NCBI RefSeq assembly: GCF_020745735.1
Contig: NW_026867509.1
Location: forward strand, 868,001 to 932,000
Source: Hemiscyllium ocellatum
Lineage: Eukaryota
Length of the DNA: 64,000 bases
Reading direction: 5' to 3'
The translations under genes and the position numbers were made by a program. Shown here in pieces: positions 24,173 through 36,616 of the stretch; within the stretch, counting starts at the first letter, position 1, and every line of letters begins with the position of its first letter. The notes below the pieces were generated by a model. The model was given only the letters and a program-made list of their open reading frames with translations. It was not told the origin of the DNA and did no database searches.

Positions 24173-26177
24173 TATAGAACATAGAACATTACAGCGCATA
24201 CAGGCCCTTCGGCCCTGGATGTTGCGCCGCCCTGTCATACTAATCTGAAGCCCATCCCAACTACACTATTCCATGTACGTCCACTTGCCTGGCCAATGAT
24301 GATTTAAATGCACTTAAACCTGGCGAATCTATTACCGATGCAGGCAAAGCATCCCATACCCTTACTACTCTTTGCGTAAAGAAACTACCTCTGACAATTG
24401 TCTTATACCTATCTTCCCTTACTTTAAAGTTGTGTCCCCTCGTTTTTGCTGTCCCCATACGTGGAAAAAGGCTCTCCCTCTCCACCCTATCTAATCTTTG
24501 ATTATCTTGTGTGTTTCTATTAAGTCACCTCTCAACCTTCTTCTCTCTAACGAGGACAGCCTCAAGGCCCTCAGCCTTTCCTCGTAAGACATTCCTTCCA
24601 TGCCAGGCAACATCCTAGTAAATCTCCTCTGTACCCTTTCCAAAACTTCCACATCCTTCTTATAATGCGGTGACCAGAACTGTACACAATACTCCAAGTG
24701 TGGCCGTACCAGAGCTTTGTAGAGCTGCAGCATAACCTCCTGGTTCCGGAACTCAGTCCCTCTATTAATAAAGGCTAAAACATTGTATGCCTTCTTAACA
24801 ACCCTGTCAATCTGGGTGGCAACTTTCAGGGATCTGTGTATATGGATACCGTGATCTCTTTGCTCATCTGCACTCCCAAGAATCTTACCATTAGCCCAGT
24901 ACTTTGCATTCTGATTACTCCAGCCCAAGTGTATCACCTCACATCTGTCCACATTAAACTCCATTTGCCAACTCTCAGCCCATCTCTGCATCCTATGTAT
25001 GTTTCTCTGCAACCTACTACATCCTTTGTCATTATCCACAACTCCACCGACCTTAGTGTCGTCCGCAAATGTACTATCCCACCCTTCTAAGCCCTCATCC
25101 AGGTCATTTATAAAAATGACGAGCAGCATTGGACCCAACACCGATCCTTGCGGTACTCCGCTAGTAACTGGACACTAAGATGAACAAGTTTCATCAACTA
25201 CACACTCTGTTTTCTTTCAGCAAGCCAATTACAGATCCAAACTGCTATGTCACCCACAATCTCATTACTCCGCACTGTGTATAAGAGCCTCCTGTGGGGA
25301 AGCTTGTCGAATGCCTTGCTGAAATCCATATGCAACACATCAACCGGTTTACACTCATTTATCTGTTTGGTCACTTTGTCAAAAAACTCAATAACATTCG
25401 TTAGGCACGACCTACCCTTCACAAAACCGTGCTGACTGTCCCTGAACCGATTATTCTTTCTGGATGGTTGTCAATCCTGTCTCTTATAAACTTTTTCACC
25501 ACTTTACCAACAACTGAAGTGAGACTCACTCGTCTTTAATTACCAGGGCGGTCTCTACCACCTTTTTTGAACAAGGGAACCACATTTTCTATCCACCAAT
25601 CCTCAGGCACTATTCCTGTAGAAAATGATGATTTGAAGATCAATGCCAAAGACTCGGCAATCTCTTTCCTTGCATCCCAGAGGATCCTATAATCGATCCT
25701 AGGCGGCACGGTGGCACAGTGGTTAGCACTGCTGTCTCACAGCGCCTGAGACCCGGATTCAATTGCCGACTCAGGCGACTGACTGTGTGGAGTTTGCACG
25801 TTCTCCCCGTGTCTGCGTGGGTTTCCTCCGGGTGCTCCGGTTTCCTCCCACAGTCCAAAGATGTGCGGGTCAGGTGAATTGGCCATGCTAAAATGCCCGT
25901 AGTGTTAGGTAAGGGGTAAATGCAGGGGTATGGGTGTGTAGCGCTTCGGCGGGTCGGTGTGGACTTGTTGGGCCAAAGGGCCTGTTTCCACACTGTAAGT
26001 AAACTAATCTAATCTAATCATCCCAACCAGCCCAGGGGACTTGTCTATTTTCACACTCTGCATTATTTCTAATAACTCTTCCTTGTGAACCTCAATCTCT
26101 TCTACTCTAGATGTAAGTATCTCTGTATCTTCCTCATCAACATTTTCATTTTCTATAGTGAAAATGTTTGCGAGGAA
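24173..26177 (-). mobile_element. CR1 LINE 3' half (RT), minus strand, itself interrupted by a SINE
   Basis: ORFs 25198-25422, 24491-25141 (LGPMLLVIFINDL...TFADDTKVGG) and 24261-24485; AGAACATAGAAC tail at ~24176. Confidence 0.92.
25702..26018 (+). mobile_element. Full-length HE1-type (V-SINE core) tRNA-derived shark SINE
   Basis: tRNA-like head GGCGGCACGGTGGCACAGTGGTTAGCACTGCTG with A and B boxes, core TGTGTGGAGTTTGCACGTTCTCCCCGTGTCTGCGTGGGTTTCCTCCGGGTGCTCCGGTTTCCTCCCACAGTCC, CR1-like tail ending (TAATC)n. Confidence 0.93.
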
Positions 26178-27564
26178 GATGATTTGAAGGAAAACGTAGC
26201 TGTTCTAATAAATAATTCAGAGGAGCTTACAAAGATTGATAGAGTTGCGAATTGTAAAGAGGGCAGTGCGAGAATATATCAGAATATAGGTCAGTTGGAG
26301 GCATGGGCAGGAAAAAGGCAGATGGAATTTCATCTAGACAGATGTGAGGCGATGCATTTTGGTAAGTCAAATACTGCTGAAAATTATGAAGTGAATGCCA
26401 GAACATGTTGAAATTTTGATATGCAGAGCGATCTGGGTGTGCACATCCACAGATCCCTGAAGGTGGCAGTGCAGATAAATAAGGTAGCAAAGTAAAGGCC
26501 TATGACATGCTTGCCTTCATTTGAATGGACAAGAATATAAGGTCTGAAAGTTGTGCTGCAGCATTATGAACTTCAATTAGGCCACACTTGAAATATTGAT
26601 ACGGTTCTGTTCATCATACTACCAGAAGGAAGTCGGCGAAGTGGGGAAATGTTTTACAATAGTGTTGCCTGGTTAGGAACCAGTTCAACTGTCAGGAAAG
26701 GGTGGATGTACTAGGATCATTTTCAATGGAACGCAGGAGGTTGAGGGGCGACCTGGTAGACTTTTTAATGTTGCAAATGGCATGATAGAGTGGAAAGTAT
26801 GAGGACTTCTCCCAGGATGGAGGGGTTAATTAGTAGGGGACAAAGGTTCAACGTGCGAGGGGGAGGGTTTAAGAGAGCTGTGCGAGGCAAGTGTTTCGCA
26901 CAAAGGGTGATGAGTGCCTGGAATATGCTGCTGCCCGAGCAGACGGTGGAAGCAGACAGTAGCAGAATTCAAGAAACACCTGAATGAATACATGAATAAG
27001 AAGGCAATAAAGGAACACATTCCTTTCCTTCACTCTTAATTTTTTCCATCATTCTGAATCGTCTTTTTTTTTGCAATTATCCAGCTCCTATCTGCATACT
27101 GCGAATCAAATCAATGATACCGATTCTCGGTTTTTGGCTTCCAGTGGATCTGACCATTATCAAAACAATGACAATTTCCTCCCCTGAAGTATGTTAGTGA
27201 CTCAGATGTTGTTTTTTCTGGCAAGTGGCAATGGGTTCATAGACATCATTAGAGTATTAATTCCAGATTTAATTATTCTTTTTCCCTCAAACGAATTGAA
27301 CATAGCACGAAACAAGGCTCTGGCCATTTGTATTTGCTACAATGAATTTTGATCACAGTCTTTCTGGCCAGTGCCAGTAGTACTACACTTGAAGTACGAA
27401 AACGCAAAAAAAATTTTGAAAATGTTCTAATTAAAAATAGCTACCTCGGGCAGAGACAGGTTGCACTCATTGGCAAAGTGTGGCCATAATTCCATGCTCA
27501 ATTTGACTATATTCCCAATATTCAGATATTTGTGCAAACTACAAATAGCCCAAACATCAGCTTA

Positions 27565-27915
27565 GAACATAGAACGTAGAACATACAACAGTACAGCAGA
27601 GTATAGGCCATTCGGCCCACCATTTTGTACTGACCTTTCATCCTTCTCTAAGATTTAACTGAGCTACACACACGCAATTTTACCATCAGTTATGTTCTGA
27701 TTCATGAGTAGCTTGAATGCCCCTAACGTATATGACTCGACAACCACTGCTTGCAATGCATTCGACGCACCCACCACTCTCTGTGCAAAGAACCTACCTC
27801 TGACATGTCCCCTAAGCGTTCCTCCAATTATCTTAAAATTTGCACCATCGTAATAGCCATTTCCTCTCTGGAAAATATATTTGGCTATCCACTCGACCTA
27901 TGCCTTACGTCATAA
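27565..27915 (-). mobile_element. CR1 3' end fragment
   Basis: TAGAACATAGAACGTAGAACAT tail followed by the reverse complement of the RT C-terminus. Confidence 0.8.
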
Positions 27916-28114
27916 CTTGTTTTAAAGTGGGAAGGCATTTCAAAGCAATGACGCAATGTCCGGACAAAGGTGCAAAATGACCATCCACGATCATTGACTA
28001 TCACCAGCAAGCAGAGAGTCGGCAATGAGCAACATTCCGTACTGAAAAGTAGAGACACGCAGTTTGTCAATGGTCACTGGCAGTGCTCATTGGGTGTTAA
28101 ACACATTGTAGACA

Positions 28115-29430
28115 TTTTTAAACAACTGAGAGTTCTTGTTGCGAACGTTTTGTACTCTTTCTAGGTGGCATCCTCAGTGCTTGGGAGCCTCCTGTGAAGC
28201 GCTTCTGTGATGTTTCGTCTGGCACTTATCGTGGTTTGTCTCTGGCACTTCCGGTTGTCAGTTGCTGTCCGCTGCAGTGGCCGGCATATTGGGTCAGTGC
28301 CATGCCTCTAGGAATTCCCTGGCTGTTCTCTGTTTGGCTTGCCCTATAATAGTAGTGTTGTCCCAGTCGAATTCATGTTGTTTGTCATCTGAGTGTGCAG
28401 CTACTAAGGATAGTTGGTCGTGTCGTTTCGTGCCTATTTGGTGCTCATGGATGCGGTCTGTTAGCTGTCTTCGTTTTTGTCCTATGAAGTGTTTGTACAG
28501 TCCTTGCATGGGATTTTTTACACTACGTTTGTTTGCTCATGCTGGGTATCGGTCCTTTGTCCTGGTGAGTTGTTGTCTGAGCGTGGCTGTTGGTTTGTGT
28601 GCTGTTATGAGTCCTAATGCTCGCAGCAGACTGGCTATCAGTTCGGAAATGCTCTTGATGTATGGTAGTGTGGCTAGTCCTTTGGGTTACGGCATGTCCT
28701 CGTTCCATTGTCTTACCCTTAGGCATCTGTTGATGAAATTGCGCGGGAATCTGTTTTTGGTGAATACCTTGTATAGGTGTTCTTCTTCCTCTTTTTGCAG
28801 TTCTGGTGTGCTGCAGTGTGTTGTGGCCCTTTTGAATAGTGTCCTGATGCAACTTCTTTTGTGTGTGTTGGGGTGGTTGCTTTCATAGTTCAGGACTTGG
28901 TCTGTGTGTGTGGCTTTCCTGTATACGCCACTGAATTCTCCACTCGGTGTTCGCTGTACCATCATATCTAGGAATGGGAGCTGGTTGCCATTTTTTTCCT
29001 CTCTCGTGAATCGGATTCCTGTGAGTGTGGCGTTGATGATCCGGTGTGTGTTCTCTATTTCTGTGTGTTTTAATGATTACAAAGGTTTGGGTTGCATTTG
29101 CGCTAAGACTGTTTGTTCTAACCTTTGCATTACTGCTTCTGCTACCAGTCCAGAAATCGGTGAGCCCATGGGTGTTCCGTTGATTTGTTCGTCTATCTGG
29201 TTTTTGAATGTGAAGTGTGTTGTGAGGTACAGGTCCAGTAATTTAAGTATGCCGTCTTTGTTAATAGGTTCAACGTCCTGTTGTCTGTTCTGTATGTTCA
29301 GCAGGTTGGATATTGTTTCTCTGGCTAGGGTTTTGTCGATCGAGGTGAACAGTGCCGTTACATCGAATGAGACCATGGTTTCTTCCTTGTCTATGTGTAT
29401 ATTTCTGATGATGTCCAAGAATTCTTGGGT
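28115..29430 (-). mobile_element. Penelope-like retroelement (RT plus GIY-YIG), internally deleted, with 3' terminal repeat
   Basis: MVSFDVTALFTSI...QINGTPMGSPISGLVAEAVM (Penelope RT), VYRKATHTDQVLNYESNHP, HFIGQ...RIHEHQ...AREFLEAWH (GIY-YIG); decayed hammerhead core at 28141-28180. Confidence 0.93.
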
Positions 29431-29799
29431 TGACTGTATAGAGTGTCTGGATCCGCAGATCAGGTGCTACAGCAGAAACTGGAAAAGGATGGGAAAGGAT
29501 CTTAAGACCTAGATTTGAGATCTAGCTGTCTCTGCGGCTTGTTCTGATGACGTCTCGAAAATCTGTGGACAAAAATGTTGACACAAATAATAAGAGCACT
29601 CTTACAAATAAATTAAATACGTGAACTAATCTGAAATTTCAAAACAAACACTTAATTGAAGAGATAAAGTTGACGATCTTAGAAATGGAAATATGAATCA
29701 TCAGCGGTTCAGTTGATGGAGAGAGAAAACTAGGTTTGTGGAAAGGTTGGAAGCACAGAATCCACGATCTTCCACAGATATAGAGCAAACATTTATTTT

Positions 29800-30830
29800 A
29801 CCAATGATGCAGACTGAAGGCGTGAAACAGCACATTGAACTCGATGTTCACTAACCTGTAAAACGTGTGCTTGAATGCGGAAGTGGAAAGCTGGATGAGT
29901 AAATTTGCCGATGATAAGAAGGGATGTGGAATGGTAGAGAGTTTGGAGGAATGTTGCAAGTTGCAAGGGGACATTGAAAGCATGCAGAACTTGGCTGAGA
30001 AGTGGCAGATGGAGTTCAACCTTGGAAAATATCAAGAAATTCACTTTGCAAGTTTGAATTTGAATGCAGAATACAGGGTCAAGGCAGCATTCTTGGCAAT
30101 ATCGAGGAACAGAGAGATCTTGGAGTCCATGTCCACAGATCCTTCAAAGCTGCCACCCAAGTCAAAAGGGTCGTGAAACAGCTATATTGTGTTTTGGCTT
30201 TCATGAGTAAGGGGATTGAGTTGAAGGGCCGCGAGGTTATGCTGCAGCTCTATAGAGCCATGGTCAGATCACACTTGGAATATTGCGCTCAGTGATGGTT
30301 CACTCATGATAGAAAGTATGGGGAAGCCTTAGAGGTAGTGCAGAAGAAGCTTACAAGGATGCTTCCTGGTCTGGAGGACATTTCGTATGAAGCAAATTTG
30401 AGAGAGCGAGGGCTTTTCTCAATGGAGCAAAGAAGGATGAGAGATGACTTGATAGACGTGAAGAAGAGGATGAGTATAATAGATACAATGAATAGTCAGA
30501 GACGTTTTCCCATGGTGGAAGTAGCTATCATGTGTGGGCATAATTTTATGTTGAATGGAGGAAAGTTTAGACAAGATTTCAGGGGGTAGATTCTTTACAC
30601 AGAGAGTCGATGGTGCGTGGAATGCACTGCCAACAGTGGTAGTAGAATTAGAAACTTCACCGAAATTTTACCGACTCCTGGATAGGGACATCGAAGATAG
30701 TACAATGAGGGATATGTCGATTAGTCTGGTCAATGAGTAGAATAAACGTTCGGCACAATATCGAGGGCCCAATGGCCTGTATTGTGTTGCACTGTTCTGT
30801 TCTCGATGTTCGACGTTCAATGTTCTAAAT
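29800..30830 (+). mobile_element. CR1 RT 3' fragment
   Basis: WMSKFADDKKG, HLEYCAQ and GRFFTQRVDGAWNALP in ORFs 29865-30740. Confidence 0.88.
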
Positions 30831-31009
30831 CGTACTTTATATCTTCCCAAAGTTGTCACTCACAATGTCCAGCTATTTATTTTACTAGACTAGATACTAC
30901 ATCACCTACGCCTATAGAGAGCTGTGCCATTAATTACAGTTAACTTCACTTTGTCATTTCTCTCAGATTTGCTGGAATTACGTTACACCCTGTCTCTGTT
31001 CAAAATAAG

Positions 31010-33240
31010 TTAGAGTTTGGACTGGATAACGAACCCGGCCAGGTGTTAGGTTTGGAGGTAAGTTAGCACTTTGGTGATAGTCACCATAATTCATTTATGT
31101 TGATTTTAGTGATGGAAAGGAATAGGTATGTAACGCAGGGCAAGAGTTATAGCTGGGGGAAAGATGCAATTAAGCAAGATTTATGATGCATAATGATGGG
31201 CACAATTAAAATGTGGAGCATATACAAGTTCCAGCTGCTGTGGGCCCTTCATAAGCATGTACCGATCAGGCAGGAACAAAGTTTTTGAGCGCAGGACCGG
31301 GGTTGATTGAGGAAGTTGAATCTATTTTCAAGAGGAGGAAGAAGGCTTATGTTATAATAAGCTGTGATGGCTCAATTGGGGCGCTTGAGAGTTACACGTT
31401 AGCCAGGAAATACCTAAAGAGAGAGCTAAGAAGAGTCAGGAGTGGACATGATAAGTCATTGGCGAACAGGATGAAGGAAAACCCTCAGGCTTTCTACAGA
31501 TATATCAGAAATAAAAGAATGATTAGAGGAAGATTACGGCCAATCAAGCATAGTGGTGGGAAGTTGGAAGTGGTGCCAGAGGAAATAGGTGAATACTGTT
31601 CTTTGGTATTCACTTTAGAAAAAGATAACGTCCTCAGGGAGTACACTGAGATAAAAGCTACTAGACCAGATAGGACTGAGGCGCACAAGGAGGAGGTGTT
31701 AGCATTTCTGGAAAGTGTAAAAATATATAAGTCCCCTGTGCTGGATGGAATTTATCCTAGAATTCTCTGCGAAGCCAGGGAGGAGATTGCTCAGCATTTG
31801 GCTTTGATCTTTATGTCACCATGATCTACAGGAACAGTGCCAGAAGATGGAAGGATAGCAAATGTTGTTCCCTTCCTAAAGAAGGCAAGTAGAGACAACC
31901 CTGGGTATTTTGCACCTGTCAGCCTTATTTCGGTTGTAGGTAAAGTGTTGGAAAGGGTTGTAAGAGATAAGATTTATAATCATCTAGAGATGAATAAGTT
32001 ATGGATAGTCCACGCGGTTTTGTGAAGGTTAGGTCGTGCCACACAAACTTTATTGAGATTTTTGAGATGGTGACCAACAGGTGGGTGAGGGTCAAGCGGT
32101 TGATGTGCTGAATATAGATTTAAATAAGGCAATTAATAAGGTTCCCCACAGTAGACTAGTGCGCAATGTATAGATGCATGAGATTGAGGGTGATTTAGAC
32201 GTTTGGATCAGATATTAGCTCACTGAAAGAAGACAGAGATGGTTGGTGGCAAATGTTCATCCTTGAGTTCAGTTACAAGAGGGAGACTGCAAGGATCTGT
32301 TGAGCATCCGCTGTTGTTTGTCATTAATATAAATGACCTGGAACAAGGCATCGAAGTTTGGGTTAGTCAATTTGCGATTGACACTAATGTCTGTAGAGTT
32401 GTGGATCGTGATGAAGGATGTTGGAGAGACGTGGATAAGCTGCAAAACTGGGCTTACAGGCGGCAAATGGAGTTTAATGCGGAAAGGTGTGAGGTGATTC
32501 ACTTTGAAAGGAGTAACAATAATGCAGAGGACTGTGCTCATGGTCAGTTTCTTGGATATTTCAGTGTCCAGGTACACAGATCCCTGAAAGTTGCCACCCA
32601 GCATGATAGGGCTGTTAAGAAGGCAAACGGTTGGTTAACTTTTATTGGTAGAGGGATTGAGTTTCCGAAGCATGAAGTCATGCTGTAGCTGGACAAAACA
32701 CTGGTGCAACATTTTGAGTGTTGCGTACAGTTCTAGTCACCACACTATAGAGAGGATGTGAAAGCTTTGGAAATGGCTCAGAGGATATTTACTGGGATAT
32801 TGCCTGTTATGGAGGGAAGGTCTTATGAGGAAACGCTGAGGTGCCTGTAGCTGTTTTCGTTGGAGAGAAGAAGGTTGAGACAACTTAATTGAGACATATA
32901 AAATAATCCGAGGGTTAGATAATTTGGACAGTGAGAGTCGTTTTATCTCGGATGGCGATGGCTAGCACGATTCGATATAGCTTTAAATTGAAAGAAGATA
33001 GATACAGGACAGATGTCAGAGTTAGCTTCTTTACTCAGAGATTAGCAGGGGGCGTATAACGCATCCCATGCAACAGTTCTGGATTCGCAACCTTTCAGGG
33101 CATTTAAGTAGTCATTGGATAGGCATATGGAACCAAATTGGATCTGGAAGGTTAGATGAACATCAGATTGGTTCCACCGGTTGGCGCAACATTGAGTGCT
33201 GAAGGGCTGGTGCTTAACTGTCACGTTTTATGTTCTGTGT
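31010..33240 (+). mobile_element. Decayed CR1 ORF2 (linker plus RT)
   Basis: ORFs 31285-31824 (KENPQAFYRYIRNKRM, KSPVLDGIYPRIL), 31837-32025 and 32239-32688 align to the young CR1 ORF2. Confidence 0.9.
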
Positions 33241-34229
33241 CACTAATGTATGAAATTATCCTCTATCTTAATTATTGTTTCTTGGAACAGTGTCAATGGC
33301 GTTATGCAATCACGTTATTTACTGGATTTGACCTTGTTTTAGTTCATACTGCAACTTTACGTGTCTTAATTGCTACTGCAAATTTATATATCTCTTTCAA
33401 AGTTACACTACGTCTGTCCCAGTGAACACTTCAATCAGGTTCATCCCAATTGTTCCTGCAGACACTGTGGAATTTCTGCATTACACTGACCGAGTCTGCT
33501 TTGTTGATGAACCTGGCAACATATTTTAAAACAGCTTCCAGTCACTCGTTTATCTGATATTTCTGTCCTTATATTAAACATTGACATTGATCAACTGTTC
33601 CTGAACAAGCAACTGTGATCAGGAGCATCAGCACTTAAACGGCCTTTCGGCATTCTGATTGTTCAGATTAAATTAAGGATTTTTCAGATTCAGTGGGTGG
33701 GAGAAGATTTGCATTTGATAACCACTACCACATTAACGTCCCATGCTTGCTAACTTCCCATGCTTGTTTCCCAAAGGTTCAAACGCAAATTTATGAAAAT
33801 GGTAAAATACCAGTCACTAAAAGATATATGAATGAACGCAAATGAAAATCTAGGACAACGCTTTAAATGATTAATCAACTGGGGAATAGCAGAAGTCAAA
33901 GTAGAAAGAAAGTTCAGATGCAGGAGCTCAGCTCAATGTCCACCATTGGCGGATCTACCTGATGCAGACACAACATCATGATTTGTGGACCTGGACGAAA
34001 CAAAGCAATTCCAACGACCCTGTCCCAACCTCAAATACAATTATTCACCTTGTTTAAAGACATGAAGCAGAGAGTTAATCTCTTTGTGTAGCGAACTGTA
34101 AGTAAGGTGCATGCTGTTATTTAATTGTCACTCTCGAGACAATCACTTAGAATATATGAGAGCCCACTTGAATGTGTCACAGAACCAACATCCACAGCAA
34201 CAGCCAACTGCTACCGTTTCTGAGCGAAG

Positions 34230-36616
34230 ATGCACGCGCCAGTCATTGCCCCCTTCTTTCTCATTTGCTATTCAATTCTTGCAGTTATTGGAGCCCCTGG
34301 TAAGACACTGACGCTCGAGAAAATCGTTCTCCCAATACTTTATCTGCAAAAAATTATTTTTTTTCACTTTCAGGATCCTGCAGATCTTTTAAAATATTGA
34401 GCGTTTTGATTTTAAGTGACTTCAACCGGATTCCTGTGCATACATTGCATTTTGGATCCGATAGTCCCAAGGCAAATAATCGTGCACTACTTCCAATTTC
34501 ATTTTAATACAAGGCAAGCTGTTCTTGTTTCTTGTATGTTGTGTATTTATTGGAAAATGGTCCAGTAGACGCTGAATTGTGAGAAACAACTATGCATGAA
34601 TATTAAATTGTAATTATTGTTATATATACTATCCATTCCAATTCAGCAGAATGCAATCGAGCCTTTCAGTTGATTGTGTGTTGAATACTTTGTCACAGTG
34701 TAGTGAAATGCTCTTCTGCATGGACCGCATTGCAGTATTTGAAGATGATTTATTTTGTGGTAGTACTTTACGAGATGTTTATTATTTTAAATAAACGTTT
34801 AGTGATCATATTAATCTACAGTGTGCGCTGTGGAAGGATATGTTAAAATATAGAATTCCCAATGGATGGCACCAGTGGTTTCAGGAATACATTCAATTTA
34901 ATCCAAAGACGTCAGTGGAGATGCAATTTTTCAGCCATTGGTATTTTGATTCTCTGCAGCAAAGTTTCGAGTATTTTGGATAATTGTATTTTTATATAAT
35001 TACCCAGAAAAGCGTTGTTCACAACTACGAGAAAGTGTAGTGGCGTTTCGCCTCGAAATGCCTCACTGTATGTAGCATTCACCAGAACAACTTCAGCAAA
35101 CCGATTTAGACTCGAGTAATGTGAGATATTGCCAAACGTTTTGATCAATGTAACATCTGATAGAAGGGCGCAGAAGCAGAACAGCTGAGGTGACAATTCC
35201 AGATAGTGTTACGAGTGGCTTTATGAGTTAAATCTTTAAGTGACACAGTTCGTAGGATCAATTATAGGAGACACGGGAAACAGATTGAAGTTAGCTGAGA
35301 TTTCAGATCATTTTGCATGATTTTCTGAAACCGATGTGGTGAGTCATCAGAAGTTCAGAAAAGTCGTAGGTTGATATTATAAAGAATGAGACATCACTCG
35401 TAAGGAGGTCCATCTTTATGAGTTGAAGGTTGACCGGGGTTTGGTATGAATAATTCATGGCAATAACATTACTTCATTTGTTCCTGAATTGTACAAATCA
35501 CAACTGGTATTTATTTATTGACCAGAGAGTGATGTTCATTCCCAGGACTGATTATATTGATTGGTGTTTGATGCTGACAATGGATGTCCAATATTTGTCA
35601 ACAGTTTCAGAAAATGCAGAGACTCGAAGTGGCAGGTTGATGATTGAAGAATGCACAAAGCAGCAATTAGTGTTTGGAATGCGTTCAGTTATAGCTTTCT
35701 CTTTTAATCTCTCACAGCCAACTTGCTGGGAATCATAGTCCTATGTCGAGGAAGGTGCGGTCTCTCCCGGTGCATCACCTACTACCTGGTGGCGATCGCA
35801 GTGACTGATTTCCTTGTCATCATCTTTGCAGTCATCCTCAACCGAATCAGCCGCTTCTACTTCCGGGAAAGTGCCTTGTCTACCACTCCTGCATGCACTC
35901 TCAGCATCGTGGTAGTCTTTGCCATCTGGGATTGTTCGGTCTGGCTGACAGTTGCCTTTACCTTCGACCGTTTTGTGGCCATCTGTTGTCAGAAATTGAA
36001 GACCAGGTACTGCACAGAGAAGATGGCGTCATTGGTCATCGGGATAGTTTGTGCATTGTGCTGCGTCAAGAACATCCCATTCTACTTTATCTATGAGCCC
36101 ATATACATCTTAGATGGGATATCCTGGTTTTGCAACATCAAAGCCACTTACTACATCTAGCCAGCTTGGCAGGTTTATAGTTGGTTCTTCCAGATGTATA
36201 CTCCCTTTCTCCCGTTCTTTGCCATTCTGCTGCTCAATGTCCTGACCATAAGACAGATCGTAGTGGCCAACAGAGCCCGCAGAAGGATCCGGAGCACAGA
36301 GAAGAAGCATGACTCAGAGATGGATAACCGCAAGAGGTCAATTATTCTGCTGTTCGCTATCTCTTTCAGTTTTCTCCTCCTGTGGGCCCCTCTTGTTGGA
36401 CATTTCATCTTCACGAAGCTTACAGCTGAGGGTTACTATGGTGGGCTTGATTTCAATGACCCTCGGTATATCTTCCAAGAGGCAACCAATACACTTCAGT
36501 TACTAAGTTCCTGCAACAACGTCTTCATTTACACAATATCTCAGAATATGTTTCGAGAGGATTTGAAGAATGTTCTGATCTACCGCTTTGCCACTCTCAT
36601 TAATTGCTTTAGATAG
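34230..36616 (+). pseudogene. GPR139-like GPCR (lineage C) with one in-frame TAG: join(34230..34299, 35718..36616)
   Basis: Exon 1 MHAPVIAPFFLICYSILAVIGAP-G then GTAAGA; acceptor CTCTCACAG. The 323-codon frame is intact except TAG at 36158-36160 (codon 171; Ser in the intact paralogue). TFDRFVAIC, LLWAP and SSCNNVFIY are present. Confidence 0.9.
34920..35200 (-). pseudogene. Relic of a TCR V leader exon and adjacent intron inside the GPCR intron
   Basis: TATATAATTACCCAGAAAAGCGTTG (~34993-35017) vs V1 intron TATATAATTCCCAACAAAGCGTTG (~4324-4347). Minus strand TTG TCA CCT CAG CTG TTC TGC TTC TGC GCC CTT CTA TCA G|AT resembles the V1/V2 leaders, with start and donor mutated. Confidence 0.55.

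Larger units (their letters stand above)
23424..27000 (+). mobile_element. Old plus-strand CR1 (23424-24172 plus ~26178-27000) split by a younger minus-strand CR1
   Basis: NYRPVNLRSV...QHGFVQGR at 23707-23961. The left piece ends in the GPLL..YI motif and the right piece resumes at DDLKENVAVLINNSEELTKI (decayed NDL...ISKFADDTKI). Confidence 0.75.

Noticed and set aside
24173-27000. Possible third head-to-head CR1 palindrome
   Set aside because: The arms are different subfamilies covering non-mirrored regions; explained by nesting.
29544-29560. CTGATGA-CGTCTC-GAAA hammerhead-like string
   Set aside because: No helix II pairing, no palindromic helix III, and opposite to the Penelope sense strand.
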